Positions 13,701 through 22,723 of a stretch of DNA of 64,000 nt are shown here, in pieces. Position 1 is the first letter of the stretch. Every line of letters starts with the position of its first letter. Position numbers and translations under genes: made by a program. The stretch comes from Azolla caroliniana (taxonomy: Eukaryota > Plantae > Polypodiophyta). The notes beneath the pieces were generated by a model that had not been told where the DNA came from, did no database searches, and was given only the letters and a program-made list of their open reading frames with translations. The stretch lies in the NCBI GenBank assembly GCA_043228905.1, contig JBHGNT010000005.1, positions 2,418,001 to 2,482,000 on the forward strand, in the 5' to 3' direction.

Positions 13701-14270
13701 TTTTGATTGTGTGTCATTCCAGCATAGAAAGCATATTCACACAATCTTTATGCAAGGTTTATAGAGAGGCACTCAAAGGTATGGTTGAGTTTGAGACATA
13801 CATTTATGGTGTCATGGGTTTGTATGCTCATTCAAGATACTATGTTCATCACATGTGATCTAGGTTTTGATACTTATAAATTCCTTACCCTAAACTATCT
13901 CAAATTATATAACATGGAAGGTTAACTAGTCGTTGGTTTTCTCGATAGGTATGATTATCACCAAAATACCACCAGAAGTAAGCTAATGGTACGAGAGTGA
14001 GGAACTAAATAATATCATATGTAAATGCATGTAGGAGACAATAAGAGGAGATCAAATGATTAATTACAATCGTAATCATTTAGGAAAGATAAATCAGTTA
14101 CATGGGTTTATCTCAAATATACCCCTTTGTAAAAGCTATACATTGACAATTGTTTTCCCAAAATTGGGTTGGTAAAAGTATTTTTAAGGGTAAAAGACAA
14201 TGAAGACATCATTGTTGAAGTGTAAAATGTGAGGTGAATTGTGCCATTTTGAAGGTTTTCCGCGGGTATG

Positions 14271-15059
14271 TGTTGAAACGGGTGGGACCACCGGGGTCTC
14301 AAACCAAGGACCCAGTGAGAAAGGATTTCCGGATCGTTTCTGGATAACTTCGCCGGATTGATCCCCGGCTACCGGAAGTTGAGCTCACAGGCTCGGAGAC
14401 GTATATTGTTCCGGACCGGTTGCCGGATAGCAGCGATGAGCTCACAGGCTCACTCACTCGGATACGCACACTCAAACAGGAATAGCACATAAATAAGAAC
14501 ACAGGGATGCCCAAACACATAGAGAGACTTAGCAAAACTACTGATTAATAGAGAAAACAAAAGGATTACAATAGGACGTGGCCAGCAACAGAGCTTCGAG
14601 CTCCCAAGGCTCACGCACACAGACGATAGCGAGCCTCCGATCGGGCGCACACGGGCTACCAGCGTGAAACGGAGGTCTCACAACACGACGACAGAAACAT
14701 AGATTAGGAAGGCAAGTTTTGCAAAGCTCGGTTCGGTAGCACTTCGTCCTCCAAAATCGTGGATCCCTTTTCAGCTTCTCTCTCCCCCTCTATAGCTCAA
14801 GAAGGAGAGGGAGACCGACCGTTACATCAGGCTGTTAAGACAACCACTTTCTATCCTCGATTCTCTCACATCATACCTTCTCATTCCTCTCTTTCTGTGG
14901 GACATTAAAGTGCCCATCAAAATCACACTCTCTAGTATTAGTCCTATGCTATTTACACACTTATGTACATAAAGAAAAATTTCGTGTGCATCCGCGCACA
15001 CCCATTCACGCGCATCTAGCAAAATTTTCTCCTTGTAGCCGGAATTCCCCACGACAACA
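14271..15059. mobile_element. Possible solo LTR or LTR remnant
   Basis: GC-richer island bounded by TGTTG...CAACA with internal GAGCTCACAGGCTC duplication; no TSD found. Confidence 0.35.
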
Positions 15060-15165
15060 CATTTTTCTCTTTTTCTTTATTATTATTATTGGAAATTACC
15101 TTACATTAGTGGTAAGTTCATATATTACTACTATCTATGTCATGTGTTCGAAACTTAATTTTGTC

Positions 15166-15199
<34 letters not shown>

Positions 15200-15864
15200 A
15201 TAAAGCAAGAATGCCTATTGATCATCAAAATTGGCCTCTTTATGGACGATTCTAATTCTAATTCTAATTCTCGTTCGTTAGTGTCATGTCATAGTAACAT
15301 TTTATGTTAGTGTCATGTTTTCTTCATATTCTCGAATATATGTATTAATAATGAGTTTTTGAACGTTTGATTATAATTTGTAATGACATATTTTGATTAA
15401 ATCTCTATAGTTCATACTCATTTTTTTTTAAAGTTCTAAAGTGAAGAAATTGATACCTTCATTACTTGCAAGACGAGAACATTGATGATTGCAAGATGAG
15501 CTCATCATCAATACAATTATGTCCTTGAACTATTTGATTTTTATGTTTGTGCTTTCTAATGTTTAGTAGTAGTTAGAAAATTCCTAAGTTTTGAACTTTC
15601 AATTGTGTTGACATGTGATTCAATCAATACATAATATAGACCATAGTCATTTTTTGAAATTCAACTTAAAAATCAAATCCAACTTTGAGATGATTTACCA
15701 TACACGTTTGAATGAATCATTCTCGAATGCGAATGCATGTATGGTTCATTCTATGGCCAGATGGATGCCTTTAATGCAAGTAGTTGGTGCTATGAATGCA
15801 CAAGAGGTAAACTCGTCAAGACCCTTTTTGCGAGATGCTTAAAGACCGTATCCTCTCGTTTCCG

Positions 15865-16010
15865 GGTTTGGATGTTGATCACATGCTTCACCCTTTGGTA
15901 TGTCTAGAAAGCAAGTTGCCTAAAGGTCTTCCAAGATCTGGTACGCCCCCCGAAGGAAATGATCATGGATATTTTGTTCATGATAATCAACTGCCTACAA
16001 GGGTAGTTGT
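15865..16010 (+). mobile_element. LINE 3' fragment, left half (split by element A)
   Basis: Encodes FTLWYV*KASCLKVFQ..EMIMDI..IINCLQG, similar to the ORF at 49471-49884; continues at 35511. Confidence 0.7.
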
Positions 16011-16442
16011 TGTCATGAACACGTGACCATTATGGCGTCACTTGGGCTTTAACCTAGGATCTTGTAATCCATAATTGAAAACCCCAACCCTTAAGGTAGC
16101 TTATTGCCATATGATTTTAGGATAAAAGTTACTTTTTGTAATATATTGATTATTCTAAAAACTCTGGATAATTCTAGAATGTTCTAGAATGTCCTAGAAC
16201 ATCTTAGAACATTCTAGGTCTAGAACATTCTAGAATATTATAGAAATCTCTAAGCTATTCTATAGGAACCTATAAATATAGACATACATGTCTTCTCAAA
16301 TCAATTCGAATCAACACCAACCGTTAGCTCTCATTGCCTATTTTGTATCAATTCTCTTTCTCTTTCTATCGTAATACACCCATTCTTCTCTTATCATTTC
16401 GTTCATTTCTTCTTGTGTTCTCTTTTATCCTTCTTCCATCAC
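16011..16442 (+). repeat. Element A 5' LTR (lacks last ~27 bp)
   Basis: Starts TGTCATGAAC; matches 35042-35484, then runs directly into RT sequence. Confidence 0.85.
16171..16278 (+). promoter_or_regulatory. Heat-shock-element-like array plus TATA box in LTR A
   Basis: TTCtaGAAtgTTCtaGAA...GAAcaTTCtaGAA units upstream of TATAAATA (16271); repeated at ~35199-35314. Confidence 0.6.
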
Positions 16443-16829
16443 ATCAAGGAGAATCTTGCACATGGGTTTATTCGACATTCAAATTCTCTAGCTGGTGCTC
16501 CTATTGTTTTTGTGAAGAAAAAGGACAACTTGCTTCATTTGGTCATGGATTAGCGAGGCTTAAATAAAGTCACCATAAGAAATAGGTATGCTCTACCTTT
16601 AATCTCCAGTCTTTTAGAGCGAATTGGTGGGGCAAAGCATTTTACCAAAATTGATCTAAGGGGCGCATATAATCTTGTTTGAATTCGAATGGTGGATGAG
16701 TGGAAACTACATTTCGCACTCTGTATGGTCATTTTAAGTATACAATCATGCCTTTCGGGCTCACAAATGCATCCACAGTTTATCAACATATGACAAATGA
16801 CATTTTCTGGGATTTCTTGGATATCTTTC
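16443..16829 (+). pseudogene. Element A RT, N-terminal part
   Basis: [35 protein letters not shown] motifs; joins across TSD CTTTC to 33766 giving DIFLIIYLDD. Confidence 0.85.
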
Positions 16830-17269
16830 TATTAAGTAATTAGGTAATTAACTAGGGTTAATTAGCGACTAATTATATGGTTACGTTAAGCAGCGGAAAA
16901 TTAGTATGATATGCGCGTGAGAGTGTGTGAGAGGAAGAGAGAGAGAGAGAGGAAGTTACACTTGAACACAAAGATAAATGGGGGATGATTGACTATATTG
17001 TAAAGTGTCATCACATACAAAAATACCCACAATGAGGTATATATACAACCCATGTGCAAAGGTGCACATGTGTGGGTAGAACATAGGTACTTATGTGTAA
17101 GTCCTACATTAAATGTACTAAGGAGTGGAGGATCTAAAATATCCTACTTAAGTACAAGGTCCTATTTAAAGGCTTAAGGTCAACACATTAACTAGATTCG
17201 ATCTAGGTAACTACTAAGTTATATGTGTTGACTAACTAGATTAAACTAGTTGAGCTTGATATCTCAACA
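16830..17269 (-). repeat. Element B 3' LTR (440 bp)
   Basis: Matches 33219-33622 with several SNPs and two indels. Confidence 0.9.
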
Positions 17270-17339
17270 CGCCCCCTCAAGCTCAAGTGTGAGGCGTCCA
17301 ACGTCCGGTTTAGCTTCCTTCGGCTTCATCAGCATCGGT

Positions 17340-17548
17340 GCGGCTTGCGGCTTTCTTCGTGGTGTTGCGCGGCTTTCTTCGCGTCTTCGTGGCTTCATTG
17401 CGCGGCTCTATAGCACGGCTTTCTTCACGTCTTCGCGGCTTCGTTGCGCGGTTCTCCGCGTCTTCGCGGCCTCGTTGCGTGGCTCTCCGCGGCTTTATTG
17501 CTCGATTTTCTTCACATCTTTGCGGCTTTGTTGCACGGCTCTTCGCGA
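17340..17548. repeat. Degenerate GC-rich tandem array (GCGGCT-containing ~30-bp units) in B 3' region
   Basis: Recurring cttcgcggctt(c/t)gttgcgcggct motifs. Confidence 0.7.
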
Positions 17549-18273
17549 CTTATTCTCCCCCTCAAGCTTGTGACGAAGGCTTGGATGCTCGGGCTCTTGT
17601 TCGGCCACTACCTTCATCGCGAGGGCATAGTGATGGGCCATATACTCGTTGTAGGCGTAATGAGTGACTTGGGTCTTCGCTCGTGATGAGCAACAGAGTT
17701 TCTCGTTTGTCGATGTGAGTGCCTTCTTTACTCCGAGTGTCCTCATGATGGGTACACTGAACTCACTGTCTAGTGAGCGAGCCGAATCATCTGAATCATG
17801 GTCGTCGGGGTGGACCTCGACTTCGTATTCGGGCATCTTACCTTTGCCTTTGTCCGATGTCGGACTTGGCTGCAACGTGTTTTCATCGCATGGAGGCTCT
17901 TGTGGGCCAATTAGCTCGGTAGAGCTTGGATTGTCCTTCGGTGGAGGACTTGGCCGAGTTTCGTCGTCCGAGTTGGCGTTCAACTCTTCCTCGATCGGGT
18001 CGGATGGAGTCGCATCGGGCTTATACCAAGATGCCGATTCGTCAGAAACGACGTCGCGACTTATCCGCACCGCTCAGGTCGAAGGGTTGAAGCACTTGTA
18101 CGCCTTTTTCGCGGACAAGTATCCTATGTGGATACATTCTTCCAACTTCGCGTCGGGCTTCTCTCGACTTTCGTTCGGGATGCGTACATTCGCAATGCTT
18201 CCGAACACCTTGAGGTGCGAGAGGATGGGCTTCCTTCCAACGAAGATTTCGTATGGAGTAAGCTCGTGCACGC
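17495..18273 (-). pseudogene. Element B integrase C-terminal/linker region
   Basis: TPYEIFVGRKPILSHLKVFGS, CIHIGY...KAYKCFNP, ISRDVVSDES; frameshifted. Confidence 0.85.
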
Positions 18274-18813
18274 TGTCGTGCCTTTCGGCTCCGGATCGTT
18301 GCGTGAGTCGGGTGGGAACCACAGAGGTCTTGGACTAGGAGAAAGAAGTTCGTGAGATAGAGATTAATTATGAGTAAATAGCAAAGAGAAAGATAAGAAA
18401 CTCGTGAATCACACGAGTATACTATATTAATTGGTACTTAGGGTGTTAAGAGAGAAGTAGATGTATAAATCGTGAATCCCACGAATAATTTTTGTATTGG
18501 TTAATACTTAATCCAAATAATCAACAACCCTTTACATATTTCTCTCCTCCTTATATAAGGAAAGAAGAGCTAAGCATGGCTTCATGCTTTTTTTTTTTTT
18601 TTTTACAAAAAGTGTTCATGTCCACTAAATGTCCATGTGATGCTTTTTTATTTCCTAAGTATAGGGCTCATGCACGCTAGATGTGCATGAGTTATTTTTA
18701 GTGTCTCGCGTTTTTCTTTTTCATATATTAAAAAAATACACGATTTACCTTTTAATAAAGGTATGCATAAATAAAGGTCTTATACGTATTAAATCTATAT
18801 TTAAAACACTTAA

Positions 18814-18909
18814 GATAAGTTAATGTAATGGTAAGGTTGGGGTTTGTCAACGTGGAGGTGCAGAGTTCGAATCACGCCCTGCGCAGTAGTGAGTATTTCC
18901 TTTCTTTTT
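18814..18909 (+). other. tRNA-like Pol III cassette inside LTR C (second copy ~25336-25431)
   Basis: A-box-like TAATGTAATGGTAAG (18821), loop TTGTCAA, B-box GAGTTCGAATC (18863) at tRNA spacing, T5 run at 18905-18909. Confidence 0.55.
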
Positions 18910-18935
18910 ACATTTATGTCTCTTTCTTTTTACAT

Positions 18936-19053
18936 TTGCCGGTATGCCGTTTTCTTCCTTGCCGGTATGCCGTTTTCCTCCTTGCCGGTATGCCGTTTTC
19001 CTCCTTTTCGGTATGCCGTTTTCCTCCTTGCCGGTATGCCGTTTTTTTCCGGT
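18936..19053. repeat. 23-bp tandem repeat x~5 in LTR C (also ~25458-25575)
   Basis: TTGCCGGTATGCCGTTTTCCTCC units. Confidence 0.92.
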
Positions 19054-19117
19054 TCTCACCGAGCACTCCATTCTCTATCCGGAGGGACAAAAATATAATT
19101 TCCACATAGTGTGCAAC

Positions 19118-22100
19118 CTACACTACGACACTCACCCCCTCCAAACCCGCACATCCTCCGGTATGTGCCGAAGTTCTTGATTCTTCGTATCCGTCTTCAT
19201 CCGAAGCTTCCTCCGATTCTCCCCTTATGTCGACTATGAGTTGTAATCCACTTTCTTCGCTTCCCGCATCATTGTGGTCTTCGTCCGATTGCTCCTCGTT
19301 GTCGGCCTCGACTTGGATCACATAAGGTTTGTCGTCGGTCCGCTTCTTGAAAATCTTCACCCGCTTCCCGGCTATAGGCACTCGTAGTATTGTTCCATCC
19401 AACTCGGACAGTTGGTACGTCCCGTTGTCGAAGACCTTCCGAACCTCGTACGGCCCGAACCACCTTTTCGCGAATTTCCGCATCGTTGTATGTTGATGGT
19501 CCAAGCTACTATCATAGACGATCACCCAATCTCCTTCTTCAATCCTCCTCGGTCGTAGTCGGTGCTTTGTGTCGAACCGGCTTTTGTTCCGGAACCGTGC
19601 TTCTTGTTGTCGGCGTGACGCTTCCGCTACATCTTTCGGTCTTCCCTCCAGTTGTCGTATCCGGACCGCTAGTAGTTCTTCCCGGCTCATCTCTTCCTTC
19701 CACGGTAGTATTGTCCATGTCGCGATTGCGGTTTCCGTTGGCATTACCGGTGCTTGTCCGGTCATGAGTTCTGCCGGCATATAACCGGTCACGGAGCTAT
19801 GCGTCGTCCGATCCGCCCATAGTGCATACGGAAGTATTTGTGGCCAATCCTTCACCCTTCCGTCGCATGCCTTCGCAAGTGCTTTCACGATCGGACTATG
19901 TCCTCGTTCGATCTTCCCGTTGGCCTCCGGATTGTAGGCCGTTGTCAACGTTAACCGAACTCCATGTTTGGCGAAGAATCCCCTAGCTTTGTCCGAGTCG
20001 AGTTCTCCCCGGTCCGCAATCACTTGTCCTACACAGCCGTACCTACAAAACACTTCTTCCAAAAGAAATTGGCACACCGCGGCACACGTTTTCCTCCGAA
20101 GCGCTCGACCTTCAACTTGGTTTGTGAGATCTTCTCGAGCTAACACCAAGTATTTCTTTTGTCCAATCCCGGTCGGCATAGCTACAATGTCGACCATCCA
20201 CTTGAAGTTGATTGTCGGTGAGAATGTCGGATGCAGCTCATCTCGGTGTCGGACCCCGGAGTAGACTTGACATTTCTCGCAGCTTTCTGTGAACTCCGCG
20301 ACATCTCTATACATGTTCTTCCACCAATACCTTTGCTTGATTTTCACAAAAGTTGCCCATGTTCCTCGATGTCCAGCCCAATCGGATTCGTGGAACTCGG
20401 ACATTATCCGGTTTCGTTGCTCTTTCGTCCCGACTACTCGAAGTGGTATCCCATCCGGTCTTTTCGGCGTCCTCCATATTAAACCGTTTTCCAAGAAGAA
20501 CTTTTGGACTTGCCTCTTCTTCCTTCGGATCTCGGCTCTCCTTTCTTTATCATTGGTTGAATCCTCGACCTCTTGTAGCATCTTCCCGATCATCAAGGTT
20601 TCCCCCTCGTATTCTTCTTCCCGGAATTCTCGGATCACGTTCACTCGGCATATGGATTCTGACGTGAAGTAGTCTTCGGAAACTTCTTCATTATCTGATT
20701 CGGTTATGTCGTCTTCAAACCGCGCCCTCGATAACATGTCCGCTACCGCGTTGTCCTTCCCCGAGATGTGTCGAACCTCCGGATTAAGTGACTTGACATA
20801 TGCAACCCACCTTAGCATAGCCACATCCGGTATCGTACAACACCGCATCATCCCGAGTATCGGAAGACAATCCGTCTCGATCACCACTTCAGCTCCGATC
20901 AAATAATCCCGATCCGATTTTATCGCCGACACGACTCCCCACAATTCTCTTTTGACTTGTGCATATCCGCGTTGCCTTTCGTTGAGGACCTTTGCTCCAA
21001 ATCGGATCGGATACCGCGAACCATCCGAGTCGGCTTGATTGATGACCCACCTGATACCGGTTGGACTTGTATCAACCGTTACTATGATTGGTCGCTCGTA
21101 GCTTGGCTTCTTAAGTGATTCCGCCCTCCATAGTGTCTTCTTGAGCTTCCTCATGGCTTTAGCGTGTTCCGGTTTCCACTCGAATTTCTTACCTTTCCGC
21201 AACAAGTGATAGAGCGGGTCCGCTATATGTGCATAGTGCGGAATCCATATGTGATAGAATGCACACGCACCCAGAAACCTTCGGACTTCCGATGTTGACT
21301 CACATACTTCCTTCATAGCTCGAATCGCATCGATCTTTGTTGGTGACGGTCTTCGGCCGTAGGGTCCACATAGATGTCCGACCACCAATATTTCTTCTTG
21401 CCCGAATGCCGATTTCTCCCCGGAAAGTGTTAGGTGCACATCTTCTAGTTTTCGCAACACTTTCTCGCAATCATGAATATGGTCGACCACGAACTTTCGG
21501 CATCCCCGATCATCCATAGTCTCATCTTTTGCTTCCACCGCGCATCCTTTCATCGGAATGTCATCTAGAAACGTCATCGTTATCTCCGGGATGCAATCTC
21601 GAAGCACCTTGTTCATCGCGTTCATCATATGTGCAACCGAGTTTGTCGCTCCTTGTGGTAGTGTGCACATTCGAACTAGTCCTATCGGTGTCCGCATGGT
21701 AGTGATGTCTCGGCTCTCCACGGCTAGTTGGAATTGATCATACCCCGAGTATAGGTCCCCGATGGAGTATATCGCACGTCCGGCAAAAGCTTCCGCAAAT
21801 TCGTCCACTATCGGACCGACTCCCGAGTTCCGGATCGTGACCTTATTCACCGGTTGCAAGTCTTGGATAAATCGGAGTGACCCATTCTTCTTCGGAACCG
21901 TAAACCATCGATTTGAGTACGGAGCACTTGATGGCTCTAGAATCCCCATCGCCACCTTCTCCTTGAGCAAGTCGATGACTTTCGGAATATGCGCCCGTGG
22001 CACCAGAATCGGCTTCAGATTCCACGGTACATGGTCAATCGTAAAGATCACCATCGGCTCCACTATTCTCGGATCGACGCACCCTATCTCCCTTGATGTA

Positions 22101-22723
22101 AATGCAAACGCTTTGCCGTGTTGCTCCAACATCTCGCGAAATCGTTCTTCTTCTTTCTGTAATAGGAACCCACCTCCACCGATCCGAAGTTTCTTCCGGG
22201 TCTCATCCGTGAAGGCATGTCCGATATCCACGGACTTCCGAAGTGTCGGATCTCCCGAGACTTCTTTCTTCTTTTGTTCGCTATCGGCGGGTAGTGGTCC
22301 CGCGGCCGGTTTCACCTTCTTCTCCACGGTCTTGTATTTCGTACTTACCATTGCTTCTTCTTTGCGGAGCGCATCCGGCCCCATTTTCGCAACGATCTCG
22401 TACATCTCGACCGATTCCACCGGGACTACCCGGTTCCCTTGGCTTTTATCTTCCGCAAGCTCTTCAAGCCGTTGTAGTGTATTCCCATAGAACACTTCCT
22501 CGATCACTCCCACGATTTCTTCGTCTTCTTTTATTATTGATGCCGACCGTAACTTATCCTCCACTTGTCGGTATTGTTTCTTCATTCCTCCGGTTACGGC
22601 CGTGTACGTAGATGCCCCATCCGGGCCGATTCGTACTTGTTTTGCTCCGAGAGTTTTCTTCCTGTGTGGGGTATCAGGGCTTCTCGGACTATCACTTCCC
22701 CACTCCGCAACAGTCCGCTTTAA
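19118..22723 (-). CDS. Element C pol (RT-RNase H-integrase); frame open upstream to the frameshift site
   Basis: LPQGATNS and FLDD (RT), TVDTS and NAVADMLSR (RNase H), H..H/CEKC and D,D,E (integrase), GPY motif, no chromodomain; frame open from 22723, first ATG at 22585. Confidence 0.93.
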   Translation of the reverse strand, partial: LKRTVAEWGSDSPRSPDTPHRKKTLGAKQVRIGPDGASTYTAVTGGMKKQYRQVEDKLRSASIIKEDEEIVGVIEEVFYGNTLQRLEELAEDKSQGNRVVPVESVEMYEIVAKMGPDALRKEEAMVSTKYKTVEKKVKPAAGPLPADSEQKKKEVSGDPTLRKSVDIGHAFTDETRKKLRIGGGGFLLQKEEERFREMLEQHGKAFAFTSREIGCVDPRIVEPMVIFTIDHVPWNLKPILVPRAHIPKVIDLLKEKVAMGILEPSSAPYSNRWFTVPKKNGSLRFIQDLQPVNKVTIRNSGVGPIVDEFAEAFAGRAIYSIGDLYSGYDQFQLAVESRDITTMRTPIGLVRMCTLPQGATNSVAHMMNAMNKVLRDCIPEITMTFLDDIPMKGCAVEAKDETMDDRGCRKFVVDHIHDCEKVLRKLEDVHLTLSGEKSAFGQEEILVVGHLCGPYGRRPSPTKIDAIRAMKEVCESTSEVRRFLGACAFYHIWIPHYAHIADPLYHLLRKGKKFEWKPEHAKAMRKLKKTLWRAESLKKPSYERPIIVTVDTSPTGIRWVINQADSDGSRYPIRFGAKVLNERQRGYAQVKRELWGVVSAIKSDRDYLIGAEVVIETDCLPILGMMRCCTIPDVAMLRWVAYVKSLNPEVRHISGKDNAVADMLSRARFEDDITESDNEEVSEDYFTSESICRVNVIREFREEEYEGETLMIGKMLQEVEDSTNDKERRAEIRRKKRQVQKFFLENGLIWRTPKRPDGIPLRVVGTKEQRNRIMSEFHESDWAGHRGTWATFVKIKQRYWWKNMYRDVAEFTESCEKCQVYSGVRHRDELHPTFSPTINFKWMVDIVAMPTGIGQKKYLVLAREDLTNQVEGRALRRKTCAAVCQFLLEEVFCRYGCVGQVIADRGELDSDKARGFFAKHGVRLTLTTAYNPEANGKIERGHSPIVKALAKACDGRVKDWPQILPYALWADRTTHSSVTGYMPAELMTGQAPVMPTETAIATWTILPWKEEMSREELLAVRIRQLEGRPKDVAEASRRQQEARFRNKSRFDTKHRLRPRRIEEGDWVIVYDSSLDHQHTTMRKFAKRWFGPYEVRKVFDNGTYQLSELDGTILRVPIAGKRVKIFKKRTDDKPYVIQVEADNEEQSDEDHNDAGSEESGLQLIVDIRGESEEASDEDGYEESRTSAHTGGCAGLEGVSVVV

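Larger units (their letters stand above)
18274..19130 (-). repeat. Element C 3' LTR (857 bp)
   Basis: By eye differs from the 5' LTR only around a poly-T run and at one substitution. Confidence 0.95.

Noticed and set aside
18814-18890. Functional tRNA gene
   Set aside because: Acceptor, anticodon and T stems do not pair; kept only as tRNA-like.
18936-19053. CRISPR-like array
   Set aside because: Units are head-to-tail with no unique spacers, inside a eukaryotic LTR.
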